Source: Gemmatimonadales bacterium
GTDB taxonomy: Bacteria > Gemmatimonadota > Gemmatimonadetes > Gemmatimonadales > GWC2-71-9
DNA length: 64,000 nt
Direction: 5' to 3'
NCBI GenBank assembly: GCA_041615815.1
Contig: JBFJCP010000010.1
Coordinates: 2,856 to 66,855, forward strand
A model generated the notes under the pieces. The model was not told the DNA's origin. It ran no database searches and saw only the letters and a program-made list of their open reading frames with translations. Of this stretch, positions 35,093 through 44,344 are shown one piece after another. The translations under genes and the position numbers were made by a program. Position 1 is the first letter of the stretch; each line of letters begins with the position of its first letter.

Positions 35093-35362
35093 ATGTTTCT
35101 GGCACGAGTAGTGGGCAGAGTGGTAGCCACGGTGAAGCAGGACACGCTCAAGGGTCAGACGCTCCAGTGGATTCAGCCAGTCGACGCCAAAGGACACGAC
35201 CGAGGGAGTCCCATCGTGGCGGTCGATCCGATCGGGCTCGGGTCCGGCGAGCTCTGCTACTACATCACGGCGCGCGAGGCCTCGCTGACCCTGTGGGAAA
35301 CCTTTGCCGCCGTGGACGCCGGGATCGTCGGAAAGGTCGACAAGATCAATCTGGCGGACTAG
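35093..35362 (+). CDS. BMC-P (EutN/CcmL family) microcompartment vertex protein, copy 1
   Basis: Starts 1 nt after the rhomboid stop. MFLARVVGRVVATVKQDTLKGQTL...AVDPIGLGSGE...AGIVGKVDKI follows the EutN/CcmL pattern (compare MKIARVCGTVTSTQK...). 89 aa. Confidence 0.8.
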   Translation: MFLARVVGRVVATVKQDTLKGQTLQWIQPVDAKGHDRGSPIVAVDPIGLGSGELCYYITAREASLTLWETFAAVDAGIVGKVDKINLAD

Positions 35363-35525
35363 AAGCAGAGGGCGGATGGCGCATGGGATTGAGAGAAGAG
35401 TTACGGGCGCGAAGGGGAGAGTGGAGCGTATGCTCACCGGGAGGGGCGGCTGGAGGGCGGTAACCAGCTCCGGACCGCCCGCCGATCCGCCCATCGATGA
35501 ACAGCATCGGGGAGAAGCCAGGCCT

Positions 35526-35801
35526 ATGTATCTAGCGCGCGTCGTGGGCAATGTCGTGTCCACCCACAAGAACGACCGGCTGGACGGCAAGAAGCTTTTG
35601 CTGGTGCGACGGCTGGATCTGGGTGACCGATACGATGGATCGGTGGAGGTCATCGCGCTCGACGTGGTGGACGCTGGGGTAGGCGATAAGGTGTTGGTAG
35701 TCCAAGAGGGCAGTTCGGCTCGCAAGATCTTCAACGATGCCAAGATCCCCGTGCAGGCCGTGGTGGTGGGAATCGTGGAGAGTGTTACGGTGGACAAGTG
35801 A
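35526..35801 (+). CDS. BMC-P (EutN/CcmL family) microcompartment vertex protein, copy 2
   Basis: MYLARVVGNVVSTHKNDRLDGKKLLLV...ALDVVDAGVGDKVLVVQEGSSARKIF...AVVVGIVESV. 91 aa. An in-frame ATG at 35376 with a GAGGG SD would add 50 aa, but those codons are AGA/AGG-rich and un-EutN-like. Confidence 0.8.
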   Translation: MYLARVVGNVVSTHKNDRLDGKKLLLVRRLDLGDRYDGSVEVIALDVVDAGVGDKVLVVQEGSSARKIFNDAKIPVQAVVVGIVESVTVDK

Positions 35802-35845
35802 GAGAGAGCAGCGGGCAGATCGCCGCGCGGTGAAAGGACGAGGCA

Positions 35846-36835
35846 ATGCAACGTCATGAGCTCGAGGAGCTGGCGGACCTGGTAGTGCAGCAGCTGAGCG
35901 GAGGCCGGGTGTCATCCACACCTTCGTCCGTTCCCCCGTCCCACACGGCGGGTTCTTCAGTCGGGCGGTGGGAAGTGCCGGACGTGGGATGGAGGATGCC
36001 GATGGTTGGGAAGCCGGGGGCGCGGGGAACGTTGCCCGAGGTGAAAGCAACGCCCACGACGGCACCGGCAGCGCGTCAATCCATCGGCCCGTCCGCTCAA
36101 CTCCAGCGCATGGCCGACTACGTGGACCACACGTTGCTCAAGGCAGAGGCGAGGCGGGTGGAGATTGAACGGCTGTGTGACGAGGCGGCGGAACATCGGT
36201 TTGCGGCCGTGTGCGTCAATGGTGCGTGGGTCTCGTTATGTCGCAAACGGCTGGCTGGATCGGGTGTGAACGTTGCCACGGTTGTGGGATTTCCGCTCGG
36301 GGCCACAACCACGGCTACGAAAGCGGCCGAGGCCCGGGATCTCGTCGATGCGGGTGCCGACGAGCTGGATATGGTAGCTGCGGTGGGACAGATCCTCGAC
36401 GAGGAGTGGGACTATGTGGATGATGATATTCGGGCGGTAGTGGATGCGGCAAAAGCTCGAACCGTCAAGGTGATTCTGGAAACCGCGACCCTGGAGCCGC
36501 TACAAATCGTCAAAGCGTCGGCCATCGCCATGGAGGCCGGTGCCCATTTCGTCAAGACTTCCACGGGGTTCCATCCCGCGGGCGGTGCCACGGTGGATGC
36601 CGTGGCGCTGATGCGACTCACCGTTGGCGACGCGCTTGGGGTCAAGGCCGCAGGTGGGGTGCGTGACTGTGCCACGGCGGTTCGTATGATCGCGGCGGGG
36701 GCGAACCGGATCGGTACGTCGAGCGGCGTCAAGTTCGTCGACTGCATGGGGGCAGGCCCCCAAGCGCTTCACGATCTGTTGGCCGCGCCGGAGAGGCACG
36801 AGAGCGTGTGTAAGACGGGGGGATGCGGGTACTAG
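35846..36835 (+). CDS. deoC: deoxyribose-phosphate aldolase with ~88-aa N-terminal extension
   Basis: Core from MADYVDHTLLKAEA...VCVNG...VATVVGFPLG...DELDMV...KVILET...FVKTSTGF (Schiff-base Lys context)...VKAAGGVR. The extension is MQRHELEELADLVVQQLSGG followed by a Pro/Ser/Thr/Ala/Gly-rich linker. Confidence 0.85.
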   Translation: MQRHELEELADLVVQQLSGGRVSSTPSSVPPSHTAGSSVGRWEVPDVGWRMPMVGKPGARGTLPEVKATPTTAPAARQSIGPSAQLQRMADYVDHTLLKAEARRVEIERLCDEAAEHRFAAVCVNGAWVSLCRKRLAGSGVNVATVVGFPLGATTTATKAAEARDLVDAGADELDMVAAVGQILDEEWDYVDDDIRAVVDAAKARTVKVILETATLEPLQIVKASAIAMEAGAHFVKTSTGFHPAGGATVDAVALMRLTVGDALGVKAAGGVRDCATAVRMIAAGANRIGTSSGVKFVDCMGAGPQALHDLLAAPERHESVCKTGGCGY

Positions 36836-36966
36836 GGGTGGCAGAAGGTAGAAAACGAACGTGGAGGGGAAGGGGCAGCGGTGAGCGAATTGGGAGTGTG
36901 GGTTTGACGACGATGCGTCCACCGCCACTTACCCCCTCACACCGCTTCCGGCTCTCTCTCCGGTCG

Positions 36967-37656
36967 CTACACCGGCCTTTCGGCCTTGTCTTCGGCGTGA
37001 TGTTTGATGGTGGTTCCCTCCACGAGGAACACGACATCCTCAGCGATGTTCGTCGCGAGATCCCCAACGCGCTCGAGATTTCGGCTCACCAGCGAGAGCT
37101 CCATGGATGGACCGATCATCCGGTGATCTTGCGCCATGTGGGTGAGCAGGATGCGGAACATCGATTCGTGCAGTCGGTCTACCTGGTCGTCTCGGAGACA
37201 GACATCCCGAGCGGCGCGAGTGTCTCCCTTGATGAAGGCGGAAAGCACATCGGACAGCATGTCACGGGCCAAGCGCGTCATCTGCACCAGCTCGGGTGGC
37301 GGGGTGATTGGCATGGCATCGATGAGTCTGACGGCGCATTCGGCGATGTTGACTGCATGATCGCCCATCCGCTCGAGGTCGTTGGAGATCTTGAGACACG
37401 CCAACAGCAGCCGCAAATCCTTCGCCATGGGTTGCTGGAGTGCGAGTAATTGGGTAACCCGGTTCTCGATGTCGATCTCGAGATCGTCGATCTCTTGGTC
37501 CGCTGCGATCACTCGTGCGGCGAGTTCGGGGTCACGATCCAACAACGACGCTACGGCCTGTTCCAAGACTTCGACGACCTGGCTAGACATATGGAGTACG
37601 CGGTCTTTCAACAGGGCGAGCTCGTCGTGAAAATGGCGATGCGGCGGACCGGTCAT
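36967..37656 (-). CDS. phoU: phosphate signalling/transport regulator PhoU
   Basis: 229 aa, two PhoU repeats ([11 protein letters not shown]...; [14 protein letters not shown]). ATGA overlap with pstB. Confidence 0.9.
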   Translation of the reverse strand: MTGPPHRHFHDELALLKDRVLHMSSQVVEVLEQAVASLLDRDPELAARVIAADQEIDDLEIDIENRVTQLLALQQPMAKDLRLLLACLKISNDLERMGDHAVNIAECAVRLIDAMPITPPPELVQMTRLARDMLSDVLSAFIKGDTRAARDVCLRDDQVDRLHESMFRILLTHMAQDHRMIGPSMELSLVSRNLERVGDLATNIAEDVVFLVEGTTIKHHAEDKAERPV

Positions 37657-38471
37657 CCGAATCTCCCGGTGACATAGGCTTCGGTTCGCTCTTCCCGCGG
37701 TCTCGTGAAGAGCTCCTCCGAACGGTTGTACTCCACCAACTCTCCAAGATAAAAGAAGGCCGTGTAGTCGGCGATGCGCGCAGCTTCCTGAAGGTTGTGG
37801 GTGACGATCACGATGGTGTATTCCGATTTGAGCTGAACGAGCAGCTCCTCGATCCGTTGTGTGGCGATGGGGTCGAGCGCGGACGCCGGCTCGTCCAGCA
37901 GTAAGACTTCCGATTCATTTGCGAGTGCGCGAGCAATGCAGAGTCGCTGTTGCTGGCCGCCCGACAACTCGGTACCCGGGTCATCGAGCCGATCCGCCAC
38001 CTCGTCCCACAGGGCAGCCCGCTTGAGGGCGGTCTCGACGCGGCCGGGCAGTTCGACCCTCGTACAGAGGCCATTGCGTATGGGGCCGTAGGCGACGTTA
38101 TCGAAGATGGATTTCGGGAATGGGTTTGGGTGTTGAAACACCATGCCGATCCGCCGTCGGAGTTCCACCACGTCTGTGTCGGGAGAGTAGATGGATTGGC
38201 CGTCGTACGTGATGTTGCCCTGGTAACGCGTCTTCGGAATCAATTCGTTCAGGCGATTGATGGACCGAAGCAGGGTGCTTTTTCCACAGCCCGATGGTCC
38301 GATGAACGCCGTGATCTTTCTGGGCGGGATCTTGAGTTGGATGTTGCTGAGCGCCTGGGTTCTACCGTACCAGAAACTGAAATCCCCGATGTCGAGAAGC
38401 GGCTCGATGACCTCGACGGGCGGCAAGTGTTCCCCGGGATCGCCGAGCTCGGGACGCGGAGCCGCGCTCAT
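37653..38471 (-). CDS. pstB: phosphate ABC transporter ATP-binding protein PstB (copy 1)
   Basis: [49 protein letters not shown]. Confidence 0.92.
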   Translation of the reverse strand: MSAAPRPELGDPGEHLPPVEVIEPLLDIGDFSFWYGRTQALSNIQLKIPPRKITAFIGPSGCGKSTLLRSINRLNELIPKTRYQGNITYDGQSIYSPDTDVVELRRRIGMVFQHPNPFPKSIFDNVAYGPIRNGLCTRVELPGRVETALKRAALWDEVADRLDDPGTELSGGQQQRLCIARALANESEVLLLDEPASALDPIATQRIEELLVQLKSEYTIVIVTHNLQEAARIADYTAFFYLGELVEYNRSEELFTRPREERTEAYVTGRFG

Positions 38472-39241
38472 CCAAACCGCCCGGTGATGTATGCTTCGGT
38501 TCGTTCTTCTGCCGGACGAGTAAACAACTTCTCCGTGAGGCCCGTCTCGACCAGCTCACCCATGTAGAAAAAGGCCGTGTAGTCGGACACACGAGCCGCC
38601 TGCTGCATGTTGTGGGTGACGATCACCACGGTATAGTGCTCTTTGAGATCCTGCACCAGCTCCTCAATGCGCTGCGTACTGATCGGATCGAGGGCAGATG
38701 TTGGCTCGTCCAACAGGATCACATCGGGACTCGGCGCGATGGCCCGAGCGATGCACAAGCGCTGTTGCTGGCCGCCAGAAAGAGCGAGCGCACTCTTATC
38801 GAGACGGTCGTTCACTTCCTCCCAAAGGGCTGCACCACGGAGCGCCCGTTCCACGATGGTGGATACCTCGGTCCTCTTGACATTGCCATTGACACGGAGC
38901 CCCGCCGCTACGTTCTCTGCCACGGACATGGTGGGAAATGGAGCAGGCCGCTGGAACACCATGCCGACCCGTTTGCGCAGCTGAATTGGATTCACATCCG
39001 GCGCATAGATATCGTGACCGTCCAGAAAGACCTGCCCAGTGACTGATGCGCCCGGTGTCATTTCGTGCATGCGGTTGAGGCACCTGAGGAAGGTGCTTTT
39101 CCCACATCCGGAAGGCCCGATGATGGCCGTCACGGTATTGCGCGGGAACACCAGGGTCGCCTCCCGTACGGCGGCCTTGCCGTGGAAGTAGGCGGATACA
39201 CGCTCCGTTCGCAGCTGAATCTCTGCGGGATCAACGACCAT
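38468..39241 (-). CDS. pstB: phosphate ABC transporter ATP-binding protein PstB (copy 2)
   Basis: Trimmed to ATG 39241 ([10 protein letters not shown]...). [53 protein letters not shown] overlap with copy 1. Confidence 0.9.
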   Translation of the reverse strand: MVVDPAEIQLRTERVSAYFHGKAAVREATLVFPRNTVTAIIGPSGCGKSTFLRCLNRMHEMTPGASVTGQVFLDGHDIYAPDVNPIQLRKRVGMVFQRPAPFPTMSVAENVAAGLRVNGNVKRTEVSTIVERALRGAALWEEVNDRLDKSALALSGGQQQRLCIARAIAPSPDVILLDEPTSALDPISTQRIEELVQDLKEHYTVVIVTHNMQQAARVSDYTAFFYMGELVETGLTEKLFTRPAEERTEAYITGRFG

Positions 39242-40073
39242 AGCGGGCGCGTGTCGCGTAGCGGGCGGTGATGCCGAAGATGAGCACGAGGGCCATGAGC
39301 ACGAGTGCTGAGCCCCAGGCCAGCCGGTGCCATTCGGGGAATGGCCCGATGGCGTAGAAGTAGATCTGGAGCGACAGCGTCTGCATGGGTTGCAAGACGT
39401 TCGTCTTGAAATTGAGGTTCCCCAGGGCCGTAAACAGCAGCGGTGCGGTCTCACCCGTGATCCGTGCCACCGCCACCAGGGCTCCGGTCATGATCCCCGG
39501 CCACGCCGTTCGGATGATGATCGTGACCGAAGTGCGCCACCGTGTATAGCCAAGGGCGAGTGCAGCCTCGCGGAGCGAGTTGGGAACCAGACGGACCATT
39601 TCCTCGGTGGTACGTGTGACCATCGGGATCGTCAATACGGCAAGCGAAACGGCGCCGGCCAACGCCGAGAAGGTGCCCAGCGGGCGAACGAGCCACGTCC
39701 ACACGAAGATCCCGACCACGATGGATGGCGTCCCGTTCAACACGTCGGCGATGAAGCGGACGGTATTGCCGAAGCGGCTGGAGCCGTATTCGGCGAGGTA
39801 CACACCTGCGCCGATCCCGATGGGGAGGCCAATGAGAGCGCCCAGGCCCACGATGATCATTGTTCCCACGATCGCGTTGGCCACGCCGCCACCCGGCACG
39901 CCAGGGGGCGCCGGGTTCTTGACTAGGAAGTCCAGGTTGACGCTGGAGACCCCCTTGATGACCAGATCGGCGAAGATGACGAAGAGTGGCAGCACCGCGA
40001 GAATCGCAGCCAGCACGGTGGCGCCCGTCATGATCCGGCTCACCAATCGTCGTCGCCCACGCCGGCGCGTCAT
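39231..40073 (-). CDS. pstA: phosphate ABC transporter permease PstA
   Basis: Trimmed to ATG 40073 (ATGA overlap with the pstC stop). EAA loop [14 protein letters not shown]. Confidence 0.9.
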   Translation of the reverse strand: MTRRRGRRRLVSRIMTGATVLAAILAVLPLFVIFADLVIKGVSSVNLDFLVKNPAPPGVPGGGVANAIVGTMIIVGLGALIGLPIGIGAGVYLAEYGSSRFGNTVRFIADVLNGTPSIVVGIFVWTWLVRPLGTFSALAGAVSLAVLTIPMVTRTTEEMVRLVPNSLREAALALGYTRWRTSVTIIIRTAWPGIMTGALVAVARITGETAPLLFTALGNLNFKTNVLQPMQTLSLQIYFYAIGPFPEWHRLAWGSALVLMALVLIFGITARYATRARYGR

Positions 40074-41035
40074 ACAGCGCGGCTCCCGGCGGAACTCCCA
40101 CGGGCCACGCGCCATACTAGCAGCCGGGCGCCGGCGTTCACGACGATGGTCACGACAAACAACACGAGTCCAATCTCAAAGAGTGCGGAGCGGTGGAGCG
40201 CGCCGCTCATTTCCTGGAACTCGTTGGCCAGGGTAGCTGCCATGGTGTAGCCGGGCTCCAGGATCGAGAAACTCAGGTCGTGCCGATTCCCGATCACCAT
40301 CGTGACGGCCATCGTTTCGCCGAGCGCCCGTCCCAGGCCCAGCACCACGGCGCCGACGATCCCCGCGCGACCGTACGGCAGTACCGCCGTCCAGACCGCT
40401 TCCCACCGGGTGGCGCCAAGGGCGAGAGCGGCCTCTCGCTGGGAGTTCGGCACCGCCAGCAGCACTTCTCGGGAGACCGAGCTGATGTATGGCAGGATCA
40501 TGATGGCGAGGATGATGGCAGCTGCCATCATGGAGTTGCCCTGGAACGTGCCGCTGAAAAAGGGCGTCCAACCCAATGCGGCGCTCAGTGGGGGAACAAC
40601 GACGGTTCGAAGCAGGGGGATCAGCACGAAGATCCCCCACAGTCCATAGACCACGCTCGGAATGGCCGCCAGCAGCTCCACCAGGGTACTCACCGGAGTT
40701 CGCAACCACTGGGGTGAGAATTCGGTGAGGTAGATTGCCGCGCCGAGGGCCAGGGGCACCGCTAGCAGGAGCGCCAGCAGGGATGAGAACACCGTGCCGA
40801 AGATCATGGGAGCGGCGCCGTACACGTCGGCCACCGGATCCCAGGTGGTAGAGACCAGGAACCGAAGTCCGAACCGCTCGATCGTGGGCCACGCACTTAC
40901 CGTCAGCTGGATCAGGAGACCCAGCAGGAGCAAGGGCACGACGGCCGCGAAGGCCGTCAAAATTCCTTGAAAGACGACGTCTCCCGCGCCATCGGTGACG
41001 CGGGAGACGATTGCAGTGCGCGACCGCTTGGCCAT
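40070..41035 (-). CDS. pstC: phosphate ABC transporter permease PstC
   Basis: EAA loop [16 protein letters not shown]. Six TM segments. Confidence 0.9.
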   Translation of the reverse strand: MAKRSRTAIVSRVTDGAGDVVFQGILTAFAAVVPLLLLGLLIQLTVSAWPTIERFGLRFLVSTTWDPVADVYGAAPMIFGTVFSSLLALLLAVPLALGAAIYLTEFSPQWLRTPVSTLVELLAAIPSVVYGLWGIFVLIPLLRTVVVPPLSAALGWTPFFSGTFQGNSMMAAAIILAIMILPYISSVSREVLLAVPNSQREAALALGATRWEAVWTAVLPYGRAGIVGAVVLGLGRALGETMAVTMVIGNRHDLSFSILEPGYTMAATLANEFQEMSGALHRSALFEIGLVLFVVTIVVNAGARLLVWRVARGSSAGSRAV

Positions 41036-41054
41036 CGACTGCCGTAGGTTGTAG

Positions 41055-42125
41055 TTACTCGGCGAGGCCAGCCGGGCGTTGCCAGACTGTTGCTCCCTCG
41101 GCCGTCAGTGCCTCGAATCTGTCCGCGATCCAGGGGGTGAGCGCCCGTGGGATAGGAGCGTATCCCAATGCCGGGGCGTCCGCCGCGCCCTCGGTGACCG
41201 CCCACCAGACGAAGTCCAGTAATGCCTTAGCCTTGGCGGCGTCGCCGTCCTCTCGGCGGATCAACAGCCACGTGAACGACGCGATGGGGTACGCATTGGC
41301 ACCCGGTGAGTTCGTCAAGGACACGCGGAAATCCGTGTCCGGGCCCATGCTGTTCATGGCTCCCGAAGCGGCGGCCGTCACGGATTCGATGGTGGGCTCG
41401 ATGAAGTTCCCGGCCTGGTTCTGCACGTGTCCAGGGGGCAGGTTGTTGAGGAGCGCGTAGCCGAGCTCGACGTATCCCAACGCTCCGGGCGTCTGCCGGA
41501 CGGTGGCGGTGACGCCTTCATTCCCCCGGCCGCCAAGGCCCACGGGCCAATTGACAGACTTCCCGGTGCCAACCTGGCCCTGCCATGCCGTACTCACCTT
41601 GGACAGGTACTCCGTCCAGATGAACGTGGTCCCGGAACCGTCAGATCGGTGCACGACGACGATGTCTTGGGCCGGAAGGGTGAGCCCAGGGTTCACGCTG
41701 GCAATACGCGGATCGTCCCACTTCGTGATTTTCCCGAGAAAGATGTCGGCCAGCACGGCGGGCGTGAACCGTATCGGTTCCGTGACCCCGGGGAGATTGT
41801 ACGTTGGCACGACTGCTCCGAGCACCGTGGGGACGTGCAGCACGTTGCCATTCACCGCGCTCATCTCTTCGTCGCTCATTGGGGCGTCAGAGGCGCCGAA
41901 GTCGACCGTGCCGTCAGTAAACTGCCGGATACCGCCGCCGGAACCGATGGACTGGTAGTTGAGCTCGACACCGTCGACTTGTTGGTTGTATTCGATGATC
42001 CATTGCTGATAGATCAGATTAGGAAACGTCGCGCCGGCACCGTTCAGAAAGACGGTGGGTTCGCCACCGCCGCAGGCGGCGAAACTCACGGACGCGAGTA
42101 TCGGGAGGAACTTGCGAAGCGTCAT
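41055..42125 (-). CDS. pstS: phosphate-binding lipoprotein PstS
   Basis: Lipobox SFAACGG. NGAGATFP, SIGSGGGI, GASDAPMS. Confidence 0.9.
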   Translation of the reverse strand: MTLRKFLPILASVSFAACGGGEPTVFLNGAGATFPNLIYQQWIIEYNQQVDGVELNYQSIGSGGGIRQFTDGTVDFGASDAPMSDEEMSAVNGNVLHVPTVLGAVVPTYNLPGVTEPIRFTPAVLADIFLGKITKWDDPRIASVNPGLTLPAQDIVVVHRSDGSGTTFIWTEYLSKVSTAWQGQVGTGKSVNWPVGLGGRGNEGVTATVRQTPGALGYVELGYALLNNLPPGHVQNQAGNFIEPTIESVTAAASGAMNSMGPDTDFRVSLTNSPGANAYPIASFTWLLIRREDGDAAKAKALLDFVWWAVTEGAADAPALGYAPIPRALTPWIADRFEALTAEGATVWQRPAGLAE

Positions 42126-42223
42126 GTGTTCAGTACCTCGTCTATGCCGAACGTTGGATAGTCGGTGCGGGACGGCGCCGGAAACTTACTAGCGTACCGG
42201 ACGGACGCCAGCCCGCATTCTCG

Positions 42224-42245
42224 CTTTGTAACAGCTGTGTAACGG
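42224..42245 (-). promoter_or_regulatory. Pho-box candidate (two 11-bp direct-repeat units) upstream of pstS
   Basis: Minus strand CCGTTACACAG CTGTTACAAAG. The second unit matches the E. coli unit CTGTCATAAAA at 8/11 and the first at 6/11. It lies ~100 nt upstream of pstS ATG 42125. Confidence 0.45.
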
Positions 42246-42270
42246 AGCGTTCCACACAGGTCTCCCCCGC

Positions 42271-42453
42271 CTAGTGCATGACGATGCCGATGATCTTGAA
42301 TCGTCCGTCCACCTCCACGGCGGAGCCGAACCACTTCGCCTCGAAGCGTGCGTCGTGTTGCCGGAGCGGGAGCCAGCAGTCTCCGTGAACCCGAAAGCTT
42401 GGTACTTGCGAACGCCGTTGCGGCAACTGATTTGTGTGATGGTAGCGTGTCGA
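42271..42453 (-). pseudogene. possible gene remnant or small ORF in the pstS-phoR spacer
   Basis: 60 stop-free codons ending ...DARFEAKWFGSAVEVDGRFKIIGIVMH then TAG. The last ~28 codons are almost all G/C-ending (coding-like) while the first ~25 are not. No ATG; one TTG would give 51 aa. Confidence 0.2.
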
Positions 42454-42628
42454 TCACGGAAGTGCGGGGCGAGGGTTGCGGCGTTTATTCCGTTTGAGGA
42501 TGGCGCGGAGGCGGTACTGTTGCGGGTCGCCACAACTGGATAGCTACAATTGGCGGGGCTAACCCATGGAGCCGAGTGGTTAGGCGACGCTCAAGATGTA
42601 GCGAGCTGGCGGTTTGGAAAGTCGGGTG

Positions 42629-44344
42629 TCATGGTCTTTCGGTTTGAACGGGGAGGTTGATCCGTACGGTGGTGCCGATCCCTATCGCACTCTCCAGCTC
42701 CACGCGGCCGCCCTGCGCTTCGACAAGGTGTTTCACGATGGCGAGCCCGAGTCCGGTTCCGCCTTCTGCGCGGGACCGTCCCGGATCCACGCGATAGAAG
42801 CGCTCGAAGACGCGGGGCAGGTGGGTATCCGGAATACCAGAGCCAGTGTCACGGACGACCAGGTGCATTTCCCCGTTCTGCCTCTCGGCTCCGACGGTGA
42901 TGGTTCCACCTTCGGGTGTGTGGCGGAGCGCGTTGTCCAAGAGGTTGTCGAGGATCTGACGTAACGCGTTGGGGTCGGCGTTTACGGTGATTTCCTCGGG
43001 CATGTCGATGCCGAAATCGACCCCCTTCTTCTGCGCAGCATCCGTGAATGAGCTCCAGGCGTTCAGCGCCAGGTGACGCAAATCGATGGACTCACGAACG
43101 GGCGTCCATCCCCCGGACTCGAGCTTGGCGAGATCCAGCAGATCGTCCACCAGACGTTGCATTCGGCGGGCGTTGTCGCGGATCGTCGCCGAGAACCGCT
43201 GGCGCGTCGAAACGTCGACGTCCTCGGTGGCGAGGGTTTCGGCATAGCCGAGGATGCTTGTGAGCGGCGTCTTGAGCTCGTGCGAGACGTTGGCGACGAA
43301 GTCGCGGCGCACAACCTCGAGGCGCTTGAGCGCCGTAACGTCCAGTAGTCCGAGGACAGCTCCCCCGGTAGGGAGCGGTCGGGCAGTTAGGAGGAGGGCA
43401 CGGCCCTCTCGCTCGATTTCTTCGCCGACGGTGGTCTTGCCGGCCAACACGCGGTCGACGGTGGCGCGCGCCTCCCGGCGATGAAAGAGCACCCGCAGGT
43501 TGGGGAGACTGTCGTCCTCCTCGTAGCCCAAGAGCCGGCGGGCGGCCGGGTTACACACGATGACATCTCCGCGTGCGTCGGCAGCAATGACACCTTCCTC
43601 CATGGTCTCGATGATGGCGACGGTCTCTTCGCGCTCACCGCGCAGTTCGCCAATGCGAGCGTCGAGCTGCTCTTGCATGGACCGAACCGATCGGACCACC
43701 TCGGTGACTTCAGAAATGTTCGACACGGGATAGACGGGGCTGCCTCCTGCCGCGGCGGCGTGGGCGCCTTGGGCCAAGCGCCGGATGGGTTGGGCCACGC
43801 CTCTCGCCACCAGCGCGGCGAGGGCGGCGCCCACGAGAATGGCGGCCAACGTGGCGAAGAGGATTGCTCGCTCCACCCGACGCACCAGGCCGTTCAGTTG
43901 TACCAGTGGGGCAGAGATGCGCACCGCGCCGGGCCATGCTGGGATCGCCACCTTCAGCTCCTCGCGGTTGGTGGAGGCGCTGACGCGGCGCGCGATGCCG
44001 ACGCGACCGTCGAGGGCGGCGGCGATCTCTGGCCTGGTCCGGTGGTTGTCCAGCAGGGCGAGACTGGCATCGTCGAAATCCGAATCCCCCAGCACCTCAC
44101 CGTCGGGTGCGATGAACGTGACGCGGCGGCCGAGAAGCGCGCCAAAGTGGTGCGCCGTCAGATTGAGGTCCGTGGGCCGGCTCGAGAGTGCGGCGGCGGT
44201 GATGCGGGCCTGGCGTCCGAGCTCCTCGGCGAAGCTGTCTTCAAGGCTGTTCCTGAGCCAGCGGTCGCTGGCATAGAGGAGCACGACGGCGGCGAGGGTG
44301 AGGATACCGAGGATGCCGAGAAAGAGGCGGGGGAAGATGCTCAC
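42629..44344 (-). CDS. phoR: PhoR-like sensor histidine kinase (TM-sensor-TM-HAMP-PAS-HisKA-HATPase)
   Basis: Trimmed to GTG 44344 (GTGA overlap with the response-regulator stop; VSIFPRLFLGILG is TM1). H-box SHELKTPLTSILGYAE. G-boxes DTGSGIP and GGTGLGLAIVKHLVE. The PhoR name rests on context. Confidence 0.8.
   Translation of the reverse strand: MSIFPRLFLGILGILTLAAVVLLYASDRWLRNSLEDSFAEELGRQARITAAALSSRPTDLNLTAHHFGALLGRRVTFIAPDGEVLGDSDFDDASLALLDNHRTRPEIAAALDGRVGIARRVSASTNREELKVAIPAWPGAVRISAPLVQLNGLVRRVERAILFATLAAILVGAALAALVARGVAQPIRRLAQGAHAAAAGGSPVYPVSNISEVTEVVRSVRSMQEQLDARIGELRGEREETVAIIETMEEGVIAADARGDVIVCNPAARRLLGYEEDDSLPNLRVLFHRREARATVDRVLAGKTTVGEEIEREGRALLLTARPLPTGGAVLGLLDVTALKRLEVVRRDFVANVSHELKTPLTSILGYAETLATEDVDVSTRQRFSATIRDNARRMQRLVDDLLDLAKLESGGWTPVRESIDLRHLALNAWSSFTDAAQKKGVDFGIDMPEEITVNADPNALRQILDNLLDNALRHTPEGGTITVGAERQNGEMHLVVRDTGSGIPDTHLPRVFERFYRVDPGRSRAEGGTGLGLAIVKHLVEAQGGRVELESAIGIGTTVRINLPVQTERP

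Noticed and set aside
35376-35525. Possible 50-aa N-terminal extension of the second BMC-P gene (in-frame ATG 35376 with a GAGGG SD)
   Set aside because: The extension is rich in rare AGA/AGG/GGA/GTA codons. EutN/CcmL proteins begin directly with the M-x-L-A-R-V-x-G strand. Kept as an alternative start only.
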